Shown: one piece after another, positions 12,801 through 23,588 of the stretch
How positions within the stretch are numbered: position 1 is the stretch's first letter
Layout of the letters: each line of letters opens with the position of its first letter
Source: Paraphysomonas bandaiensis
Lineage: Eukaryota; Protista; Chrysophyceae
DNA: 64,000 bases
NCBI GenBank assembly: GCA_965644295.1
Contig: CBFFRP010000001.1
Span: 1 to 64,000, forward strand
Direction: 5' to 3'
Notes under the pieces: model-generated
What the model saw: the letters and a program-made list of their open reading frames with translations, nothing else
What the model was told of the DNA's origin: nothing
Databases searched by the model: none
Program-made: the position numbers and the translations under genes

Positions 12801-13876
12801 AAAGCCTCTTTCGTCTAGTATTCTCGCAGAGGTCAACAGAGCAAAGCAATTAATGCGAATGGGAATAAGACCTGTGTGTGTGTTTCCTATACATAATAGC
12901 GGTAGTGAAGACTATACTCTACAGAATTCGGTTGCTGGGTACCCGAGGGTATTAATTGGGACACTATCTACACGCCTGGCTTCCGAGTATCAAGCAGTTC
13001 TCGCTGAACAACGGGCATCGATAAGTTCCCTATCGGATAGTTTATTGCGAGAAGGAGCTGATAAAATGCGAGAGCTTGCAGAATTCACACTTGATGCAGC
13101 TCGTGCATATGCACAGATGTATCGGGTGTTCTCTGATGTCATCGGAGCTGAACTGGCGGAGTCAATATCAGGACTTGGTAGCCAGCAGATAAAGGAACTA
13201 AATTTAATTCATGATCAATTGGGTGAAGCACTTACGAGCTCGTTAAAATTTTGGGTAGATGCTGGAGAGGTAGGTCTCAATATGTGCGGTATAGACAGTC
13301 CCAAATTCGTATATATAGGCATATTTCAAGCAACAAGAGTATGTGCATGCACAGGAGTGTTTTTATCAGGCAATCACCTTCGACCACCTTGTTGAGGATG
13401 ATGTAAGTGGTTGTATTTGTACTTGCTATGCAACTACTGTTCTTGGTGTCTAAACCTTTGATGTGTATGTACCCTCACGCATATAGTGCAAGTGAATTTC
13501 GTTTTGTACTTCTTAATCGGAGTAATTATGTGTACACCTTATTGGCAGTTAGAAGTAGATATGGGACAATCCCACCTCAAGTCGAGCTGTGCTGTGAGAT
13601 ACTGGTAAGATATGGATCATATAATTTTTTGTAATTCTTGCCACTGTGCTTGTAATGTTGCTTCTTGGTAGGTACGCACATGCCTTAGCCGGGGAGGAAG
13701 GCTTTGCGCTTGACTCAGGTCGTATTCGGAAGGCCATCAACTTGCTGGAAGACACACTTTCTTGTGCAGAATCAGGTCGCGACCGTACAGTAACAGCTGA
13801 GATGAAGAAGCTTTCTACCACTCAGCTTACAGAGCTGAAAGCACACTTAGAGTATTTAGAGCTCGCTTCTTTATAA
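9878..13876 (+). CDS. TMTC: TMTC-family protein O-mannosyltransferase (TM + DUF1736 + TPR), multi-exon
   Basis: Spliced N-terminus FAFD-DHLAIVNNGD..LW.HDIWG..DSHRSYRPL; ENPFAF; LLWPIELSAEYAFDCIP; PFIPAS..AERLLYIPS; RNRDWADDATLF..ALNVCPRSAK; TPR-like helices follow. Confidence 0.9.
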
Positions 13877-14182
13877 TTAAGTTGTCCTGCGGGAGAATTG
13901 TGAATAGTAGGCAATTCATGGTTGACATGTTTAGTTGCAATAGGCGAATTGTACGTTGTTACTATTGTAGAACGTGTAATATATATACATGAACACTACA
14001 AAATTGTGACTAACCACTCTTGCTATATAAACTTGTGCAAGTTTGCATTACCATTCTTGACTCTGTAGGCAATTGCTACCACTTGGTACTGGATATCACA
14101 ATATAATCGTTGTAACTGTGTTGAAATTAGAAGAAATCAAACTTAAAACAATATACCGTCCTTCAATAAAACAGAAATCAAT

Positions 14183-14404
14183 CCCTCAACAAAGTCGGAC
14201 TCGCGCCTTGTCGTGTGGTGTTCTGGGGGATAAGTACCGGAGATATTTCTTCGGGAACTAACGTGAGTCGTATATACGTATATACAGTCAGCTGAAAACG
14301 TTCTGCCCAATCCTAGCCTAATGCTTGTGTGATGGTACAAGGAATACCAATAAGTTTCACTTGTGTAGACGTCTTTGAGCCTTGACGAATAAACAGGCAT
14401 CCGG
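14183..14404 (+). mobile_element. SINE-like family copy A (5' half with HDV-ribozyme-like head)
   Basis: Aligns with 14818-15030, 20396-20585 and the reverse complement of 34820-34960. Confidence 0.85.
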
Positions 14405-14729
14405 TAATAGAAGTTGATATTATTTGCTAAGGTTTGCTATTCTCAATTGATAAGATAAAATTATAAACCTCACATGATAAAGAACCTAAGTTGTATTCAA
14501 TGTGTTCAACACCATTTATTTACTACTATAGTGTACAAAACACACTCTCAGCGATAGTATCCTGTATAGTCACCCACTTCTACTTCAGTTTCATACAACA
14601 CAAAATATATATAATGTACTGATTACATATATTATATATTTCGATCCTTGCATCTCACATAATACTGCACTCAATTGCAAGTATATGGAATCTTCAGATC
14701 TCAACATCCGGGAATTGACCAATATATAT

Positions 14730-14812
14730 TGAAAGTCTTATTACTAGCAATAGGCGTTAAGAATCAGCACCAGTTTATTAGTAGCTAGAAGAAAACTAAT
14801 CAAGCTAGATAG
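14730..14812 (-). mobile_element. Short LINE-type 3' tail fragment
   Basis: Reverse complement reads ctagcttgattagttttcttctagct...acgcctattgctagtaataagactttc, like the tails at 35830-35900 and 44651-44730. Confidence 0.7.
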
Positions 14813-14817
14813 ACGTC

Positions 14818-15282
14818 CCCTCAACAAAGTCGGGCTCGCACCTTTTCGTGGTGTTCTGGGGGATAAGTACCGGAGAGATTCTCTCTGGGAAACTAACGGG
14901 AGCCGCAAACATAATCAGCAGATATTCTTCTGCCCACTCATAGCCGAATACTTGTGTGGTACAAGGGACACCAATAAGTGTCACTTGTATAGATGTCTTT
15001 GGGCCCTGACGAATAAACAGGCATCCGGGAATGGGCCCACCTGAAGGGTAACCGGGGTATTGGACTGCCTGCTGAAGTCAAACATCCGAGATGTTCACCT
15101 TAAGAACTCAGAGCGGAAGTGGTCGCACCTTGGTGCTTGCAGCGACGCACATGCAGCTTTCGTAGTGTTAAGTATTAGGATATCAGAGTTAAGCACTAGT
15201 TAGCTCGTTAGTTAAATTGCTTTGCTACATTATTTCTAACCCTCTTTTACACGCCTACTGCTAATAATCAGACATTCACTAC
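14818..15282 (+). mobile_element. SINE-like family copy B (near full length)
   Basis: CCCTCAAC head through GGAAGTGGTCGCACCTTGGTGCTTGC core to CAGACATTCACTAC tail. Confidence 0.9.
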
Positions 15283-15675
15283 AAAAAACAAGAGTTTCAA
15301 TGGTGCGTACTCATCAGGAAATACTCGACAAGTGTTGATTTAGTTGTGTAATATGCGTTACATATACAGAATACTAATACTATGCTATAGGACGTTACAT
15401 CCTAGTAATATATGGATACATAATACATACGTTGTATATGTCATAAACAGAAATATGATGCATATCTAGTATTTCATATCAGTAGTATTGGTGTATCTCG
15501 TAACCATAGAGTTGAAACGAAGAAATGTTGACCAAATATGGACTTATGGTAGTTGTATTACTCTTTCTGACAGCTACTATTCATAGTCATAGAGCATGAC
15601 AACGGCATGTAACGTCATCAAATCGATACTAATTCTACTTACTGAGGGTGCAATATGCTTTTATAAATGTATACT

Positions 15676-17264
15676 CTATGCAACTTCTTTTACAGTTGGT
15701 AAAATCTTCTTTTGCATTGCCCGAGACAACCATTTGGTACCTTTAGGTCGATACACTAGATAAATTGTATTTAAAGCGAGTTGGCACAACTATACATGAC
15801 ATACCTCGCAGCACCAGGCGAGGACTCATAAAAGAAGCCTTACACCATTTCTTAGGGGAGTCATTGGCTTGCCTCATATCTGGGAGTGGTAGCCAGAACA
15901 TGGCACGGGGCAGATTCCCATTGTCGCGATTAGGCTCCACTGGTGAACAAACAACCCGTATAGGCTCGGTATCGTTGTCTACACTAACTGACCTCAGAGC
16001 ATCCTGCAGCTGAAAACTATTTACGCTATACAAATTCATCTCGTTAGGAAGTAGAAAAAGGTCATGACCATACAGAGTAATAGACCACCACTCGCAATCG
16101 AGGTCTAGTTTCGGCACGATTATCTCGTACGATTTTCCATACTGTAAGGGAACTACGGCATCACGCTCGCTGATTAAATCTCGCACGTCGAAACCGCCAT
16201 TAGTTTCAAAACCGGATGAGTATGCATTCACAGTACTACCATATTGCACTTCAGATGGAATCAGACCCAACGCCCCATGTAGGAAGAATATTAGATGAAC
16301 GAATGCATCCACCAGACTTCCAGAGCGATCTGGGGAGGCATAGCCAGGTCCACTGGAAAGAACATTAAAATTCCACAGCCCAACCTGTGAAAGTTCTAGA
16401 ATTCGGGTGCGCACCACAATGGAAGGGTTTTTTAATAGATATACAGTGCAAACAGTGCAAAAGGCTGCAGAGAGAGCTGCTAAAACAGTCGATTGTAGTA
16501 AAAGTTTAAGGGAGATGTTTGGAGGGTTGGACAGACCAAAGGGTATGATGGCACAAATAGAGAGAAGGCTACACGAAATTGTCACTGAAAAATGCTGTAC
16601 AAAGTCAGCAGCACTGGTTCGACGATCACGAAATTGTAAAATAGATGAAGAGCGATGTACAGTGCACGTCACTTTTCTTTGCTGAAGCTCTCTAACACTT
16701 TCGTAGTCTTGTGGTCGGGGAACTAGAAGCCTATGCAACAAGAGCCCCTTGGAGGTTGGCATACGGAGCACCTGAACGGCTTCTTTGAACCGGTTACATA
16801 TCTCGTCGTCAGAGCATTTGACACGGGGACCCACAACAACCGCCACGAGAGACTTGTTGGAGTGGTTGGCAACATCAACGCACCGAGCACTGCTGTCATA
16901 GACACCGAGAGAGCCATAAGTACATTGTGGCGCACGAAAAATAAGCATGAGAGAGGGGTCAGAGAGGTCCACTGGAACAGTCGAGTACAGTAAATCGGGA
17001 CACGGAATGACTACAGTGCGATCCATATGAGTCCGCCGATCCCACTGATAACATTCGTTCCACTTGCAGTTACTCTACAGACACAACACATCCGTATGAG
17101 CCACACCCGCATCTATCTATACATATATATACACAGACCTTCATGAGGGACCTGATTATGAGACGCATCAGCAGAGAGGGAACACAGAGGATCATACAGT
17201 GATAGAGACCGACCCACTGCACCACTGACACCACTAGAAGTGTACTCGAATAGGACCAGAGCAT
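15676..17264 (-). CDS. DUF1254 + transmembrane + DUF1214 fusion protein, 3 exons
   Basis: RTVVIPCPDLLYS..DLS..YGSLGVYD (DUF1254-like); WWSITLYGHDLFLLPNEMNLYSVNS and spliced LRVYRP..ILPTV (DUF1214-like). GT-AG introns near 17075-17138 and 15757-15803. Confidence 0.75.
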
Positions 17265-17651
17265 GATGACTGATACTGTACAAGATGACTCACATAGATG
17301 TAGATATGAGTGTGTGTGTCGTATATAGATATGGGCTGAGAGTATGCATATACAGCAGCATATCTCTATGCATGTACTGCTGTACGTACAGCAGTGTGAA
17401 ATACATTGTATGCCTATACGTAGTCATCCTATATCTCAACTCTAATTTTCTTTCATCCAATCATTACCTCTTATACCCTTTTATTTCCACTCTATTGGCC
17501 TTCTCACTGCATGAGGGCATCTACTCTGTATGGGGCAACACTCGCGCAGCTGTGAGTAGTTCACATACTTCTCATGCCATGCCTCCAAGCAGATCTATCA
17601 GCACAGCATCAGTCACTATCATCTCATAGCATGTAACATTTCTGTGTTGTG

Positions 17652-19610
17652 ATGCGGAGCCTCTCTATCAGTGATGACAAACATGCAGAGGAGTTTATGT
17701 CGGTGGATCTGTCGACGAGATCGTCAGTCGGTTTAATTCAATCAGAGGCAGCTGATAGTGACAGTTACACACCATCAGGGGAGAATCAGCCATCCGCTCA
17801 TTGTTTCGGCGGTGTGTTTGATGATTTTCAGCGACGAAGTCGGCATTATTATTCTGATTTTGCGGATTCTTTCACTCACAAAACACCCGCCGCTGCGACA
17901 TTTATGTTCTTTGCAACAATATTTTCGACAATAGCTCTTGGAGCCCATCTGCATGAGTCTAGTGGGGGATATATTGGTGTTGGAGAGTATCTATTGATGA
18001 ATGCAGCCGCAGGTATTATGTTTACTCTCACATCGCCGCAGCCTTTAATGATATTGCGCCCCACTGGCCCGATCACCCTTATACTGGAAAACCTTGCAGT
18101 GATATCCAGTAAGTTCAATGTAAACTTTTGGCATCTTTTGGCGTTTTGTGGATACTTTGTGGGAATATATTTAACAGTAATAGCTGGTCTCGAATTAGGT
18201 CGTTACTGTCGTCATCTAACTCGATTTACTCACGAGATATTTGCTTGCTACGTGTGCAGCATATATGTGTACAGTGGAATCAAAGGAGTTTTAGGCGCAT
18301 TCGTAAACGGCGACGAGAAGAGTGAAGCCAGTGTGTTTGCATCTGCTCTGTTTGCCTCAGTTATCGCTGTGTTCACCTTGTTAATAAGTAGTACACTTTC
18401 TACATGCACTTCCTGTAGTAGAAAGGATTGTGCATGGACGATATTCAATCCTGGTATACGTTCTTTACTTTGTGACTACAGTGTTACTATTGCTGTAGTA
18501 CTGAGCACATTGTTGTCGTATGTTCCCCACTTTTACGGTCTGTCAGTTGAGGTAAACAGGGTTCAGTTGCCCACCACATCCTTTCCGCCACTGCCTACCA
18601 TGGATCCTTCACTTGTGTCTGGCAGACACATATGGTCTGTTGATTTTGCCGAAAATGCTCATGATTTAAAGAAAGCTGCACTAATAGCTGCTGCTGTATC
18701 GATTCCTATTGCTTTCTTCTTTTACATTGACCAAAACCTGTCTTGCATCCTCTCACAGCCGCCTCATGTGACTGGAATGCGGAAGGGAGAGTATATGCAT
18801 GGTCCGATGTTGATTGTAGCACTCTGCAATATAATAGGGCCGTCATTTGGTCTGCCATTTGTAACTGCATCTCTTCCCCACTCTCCTCAACTAGTAGGTG
18901 CGTTAACGACAGTTTCACATGACGTATTACCATCATCTACGACTACCCCTAGCTCTGCGTCTGTTAAGATCGGAGATAGTGCTGAGCATACTTCGCAGAG
19001 TAGTGTATGCCATGAAAATCGAGTGGCACCTTTATGTGTGTACCTTGCAATAGGTTCGATGGCTATGGTGCCGACATTCACACCACTGATAAAGTGCATT
19101 CCAATAGGTATATACATGCAACTATCATCAGTTCGAATATTTCTTGTCCTGGTAGTGTGTGGTGTGTGCATTCTCTTGCTAATATATTGTTACGGATAGT
19201 GTTTGCGAATATAGATATTCTGTAATTTTTTAATGTAGGCGCAGTTCGTGGAGTGCTGGTTTACGTAGGACTCTCTGGTATCGCTAGTACGAAGCTCTAT
19301 GGAAGGATAGTGGCGCTTCTGCAAGAACCAGACTTTGTGGAGAATGTTTGGGGTCAAAGTAAAGTGAAGTGGATCAGAGTGCATATGTATACTGGAATAC
19401 AGGTAACAAATATTCGAATAATGTGATTGTTTAATGATAAGAATGTGTGTACAGATCTTACTACTAGCAGCATTCTGGGTGGTGAATCTTTCCCCTTCAC
19501 CGTCTGGACTGTTTGTTGCATTTCTAGTTGCACTTTTGGGACCGTGCAGAGGGTATTTATTGCCTTCCGTATTCAGTATCAGTGAGTTGGCTGTTCTTGA
19601 TGCTGGATAG
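17652..19610 (+). CDS. SLC4/BOR-family anion (HCO3-/borate) transporter, SLC4A11-like
   Basis: R...YYSDF.D; FMFFATIFSTIALG; QPLMILRPTGP; LTRFTHEIF; FFFYIDQN; ASLPHSP; ENRV. Short C-terminal exons end at TAG 19610. Start uncertain. Confidence 0.9.
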
Positions 19611-19956
19611 GCAGCGGTTAGTAAAGGCATAATATCGATGTTGTATATTCTCGATTGAGCTGCTTTACGTAAACCCAAGCTTCTATATTACATTCATGAA
19701 ATGCTTTGGATTAATCTACAGTGTAGAAAAAACAAGTTTCATGCAACGGCATTAGTTTCGGCTTATGCCCCAGAAAGAAGTAATTTAATATTTTATATCA
19801 TTTTTTTACAGTATTACTAACCCTAATTGAATAGTCTTTCATACTTTTTATCAACTATTCTAGTCGTAGAAATTTGATAATAAAAATTACAAAACGACTA
19901 GTTAGGGGAAAATTAAGGCAGCATTCTGAGAATGTAGAGAATATTATTATATACTC

Positions 19957-20156
19957 GTGAATGTCTGATTATTAGCAATAGGAATGTAAGAGTCACAACC
20001 AATTTAGCAAAACAATATAACTCGTTGAGCTCTGATATCCTACTATTTAACGCTACGAAAGCTGCCTTTGTGCGTCACTTTCGCTCTATCAAGCAAAGCC
20101 AACGCAGTGGGCAAGCAGAATGTTTGTTGATATAGATGGCATCTGCTGACTTCAGG
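19957..20156 (-). mobile_element. SINE-like family copy (3' half, internal deletion)
   Basis: Reverse complement of 20650-20878-type sequence. Confidence 0.85.
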
Positions 20157-20395
20157 ATTCTTTTGTCAATATAATTGTTTAGAAAATGTCATTCAAAATA
20201 GTTACATTGATGAATTACTTAGTCACACTAATTTTGGCGTAAAAACGTAATAACTTGGAGTAATAAATATTTATTCAATAATCGAGAGCTAGGGGAATTA
20301 CTATCAGCACATAGCCATCCCAGTCAAGCTAGTCATATTGTAAACTGAAAATATGAATTATTTATTGTGACCACATATTTCAATCCCTTGACTAG

Positions 20396-20878
20396 CCCTC
20401 AACAACGTCGACTAGTACCTTGTCATGGTGTTCTGGGAGATAAGTATCGGAGACTTCTCCGAGAAACTAATGTGAGCCGAATATACAGCCAGCAGATAAC
20501 ATTTTGCCCATTCCTTCTTGCGTGGTACAAGGGGCATTAATTAGTGTCACATGGGTAGGCGCTTGACAAATAAACAGGCATCTGGGGTATTGGGTTGCCT
20601 GCTGCAGCAGCCAAGCATCCGGGCTGTTCACCTTAAGGGCTCAAAATTTTGAAGTCAGCAGATGCCATCTATATCAACAGATATTCTGCTTGCCCAATGC
20701 GTTGGCTTTGATTGATAGAGCGAAAGTGGTTGCACCTTGGTGCTTGCGGTGAGGCGGAATCAGCTTTCGTAGCATTTAGTATTAGGATATCAGAGTTAAG
20801 CACGAGTTAGTTAAAAAACGCAATGCTAAATTAGTTCTGTCTTTAAACGCCTATTGCTCATAATCAGGCATTTACTAC
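20396..20878 (+). mobile_element. SINE-like family copy C (full length, ~483 bp)
   Basis: Head, middle and tail blocks are all present. Confidence 0.9.
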
Positions 20879-21145
20879 TGGACTAATGTGAAAAATTAAT
20901 GCAGATGGTAAATATGATGCATTAGACAAGGAACATGTGTTATATATGGTGATTTATTCAGTATTTCCAGAAAACTATAGCCCTTAAATTTATGGAAAGG
21001 TTGTGATTTGGTTTCAGTTTCGGAACAAGTTCCGTTGCGTTACTAAGCCTGAATTAATGCAGTATAAAACAACTATGGTGGTATACCCTAAAGAGTATAC
21101 CGGTTTAATTATTACAGCTATCAACAGACAACAACTATCACATGG

Positions 21146-23024
21146 CTACCACAAATCATCTTGACTGACTTCTCGTTTTTTTACCTGCAGGAACTTCATC
21201 GTTTCCCGCTGCTCAGCTCGCCTTCTATCATACCCTGTTCTTTGAAGACGCTGTGTGAATTGATTAGTAATGTGTTGGTCATTAAAATCTTCGCGCATGG
21301 GTTGCCAGCCATCTCTTGAATCAAATCTCCCCCACCCATCACACGACAGATGCGTGCGTTTCCTACCAAATGTCTTAAGTGGTGGAAGCTTATACTCTGG
21401 TGGCGGAGCCACGGTTCCTACAGGTTGCCTCGGCGGTTTGTATGTTTCGTGGTTTTGAGTGGCCACTGTCTGGAGCCACCACACGGCGGAGTCTTCAATC
21501 TCTCGGTTAAACATTCGCTTCTCTGCTAAGACGCGTATAACCTCTCTGGCGTTCTGTGCATCGATTCTTCCAAGATGCCCACGGTATACCCTTTGAATCG
21601 TGAGCACAGCTGCCTCAAGTTCACCTTGCCTCTTCAACTTAGCCCTGCGTATGAGATGTAGAGAGTTGATACTCTCACGTTTCCAAGGAGGCCACAGCCG
21701 GTCAATCTCGACTTGAATCTTGCGAATATGTATTTTGTCGGTGATATTAATGTTCGCGTAGTCCTGGGTGTCCAGCAAAAGAAGTGTGCGCCCGTCTACT
21801 TTGAAAGTTTTTAGATCTTTGACGTAATCCCGATACCCCAACCGGCGAAAAAACACACACACCTACATTATCAGCAACAACATTTTGTAAAAGATATGCA
21901 ACAGAGAATGAATGATTTCTAATACACACACTCATAGTACACTCAGGCAAGTAACTAGATACAATAATTGAAACAACAACAGTATAAAATCATCAGCTAT
22001 ATATCCAGCATAATAATACTATGAGACGAGTACCTCATACACAGACCACTCTGGGATTTCTTTTGGGTCCCAATGGTCACCTCTCAGACAAAGTGGTTTA
22101 TAATGCAGCTCCGACCCATCGTCAAGATTTACATACTTCCACTGCCCTCTAACTGGATCCCACTGGCGATCGTATGTGTCCCTCACAACTGCCTTCAAGA
22201 ATTGCCGGATTAAAACTGCACGCCATTTCCGTTGAATGACTAGTGCCGCAACATCATTGGTGTAAACTAGAGGTATTGTCCCGAAATATCCCCTCCTGCT
22301 AAGCAGCAGGGGCGGATACCAGCTCTGACGACGAATAAGTGTTCCCGCCCCGATATAAGCAAAGTAAAACCTCCCAGTTCGTCGATCAAATATTTTCTGA
22401 AATTGATTCAAAATTTCACCAATAGTTCTGTGTCGAGCTTTACACATTCGATATAAGCCTTGCATTCGACAAGCAGCACTTTCAGGGTCCAGAAATGGAA
22501 ATAACTCTTCTTGTCGGAGGCAATAAGGCTTTCTCCATGAAGTTGTGCCGTAGACCGTATTATAGTAATAGTGACAAAGCGTATCCGTATCAAAGTAGCG
22601 TTTAATCTTCTCACGAGCCATTCTTTGAAGCCTCCGCAGATGATAAAAGAAAACCACTGCATGAGTGCATATGACAGCAGCCTCAGGTATATCGTAAAGA
22701 GATAGTGTGGATCTGACGTGGTTCTTCCTCTTCTTATGAGAGTGAGCAGTGACATCGCACGGCTCGCAATAAAAGTCTTCACATTCAGGACAGTAATATA
22801 TCGCTCGCGACTTCTCACAGAAAGTACAGTCTGTATACACGTATAAGTGACTTAGCGATACACACACACGTATATATATGTATGCATGTACACAGATGTG
22901 TGTATAGAGAGATATGTGACTTACTTTTGCCGTGTTTATAAGCGACTCCATTTATATACAGACTGATCTCTATCTTCTTCTCCTTCTTCTTCTTCTTTTT
23001 GCGGCGGGTCTGATTGGACGACAT
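21146..23024 (-). CDS. B-box zinc finger / WW-like / IQ / SAM domain protein, 3 exons
   Basis: B-box CTFCE..YCPECEDFYCEPCD..AHSHKKRKNH; WW-like YYYNTVYGTTSWRKP and RQWDPVRGQWKYVN; SAM WSVYEV.VFFRRLGY..Y...KVDGRTLLLL; IQ motif IQRVYRGHLGR. Confidence 0.85.
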
Positions 23025-23588
23025 GTTACGATAAGTTATCTATACACAGCACAACAGAGGAGAGGAGAGGCAAAGGATGATTGTCAAGGCCTCGATGAAG
23101 AAGCAGTGTACAGCACTCCCTCCCAGTGACCTCTACTGCACAGCCTGTAATTCTATTATACTCTCTGTCTATGTCTATGTATGTATGTGTCTATGTATGT
23201 GAGTATGTGTATATATATGAAACGAAGGTCTCAGAGGACTGGAATACGGAATATACTGCTATGGTATACATGTAGTCAGTGACAGGTATACAACTGTATA
23301 TTACGGTATACATAAAGCGCGGAAGTCGTTTCATTTTTGTCTGCTTCACATGCATATACTCCCACACGTGAAGTGAAGAGAGTTAAGTTAGTACAGCCTA
23401 TCAGCGTCGAGCAGCTGAGGTAGATAGTGAGTGAAGTGACATTAGTGTTAATGAGTATCATCAGGGGACACTAGCGAATAGGTGCAGTTAAAGTGTGTGC
23501 TGTTTTTGTTGAGTGGCTCTTCAGGATATATTTCTACCTCTGTAGTTCATAGTCGCTTATATCAGTGTAGTGTCCGTATATTCATACG

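Noticed and set aside
14818-14904. tRNA-, 5S- or 7SL-derived SINE head
   Set aside because: No convincing A/B boxes or cloverleaf seen.
15001-15030. CTGACGA resembling a hammerhead core in the SINE
   Set aside because: No stem II followed by GAAA; not conserved in copies A and C (TTGACGA, TTGACAA). Better explained as a CCTG/CAGG hairpin with an AATAAA loop.
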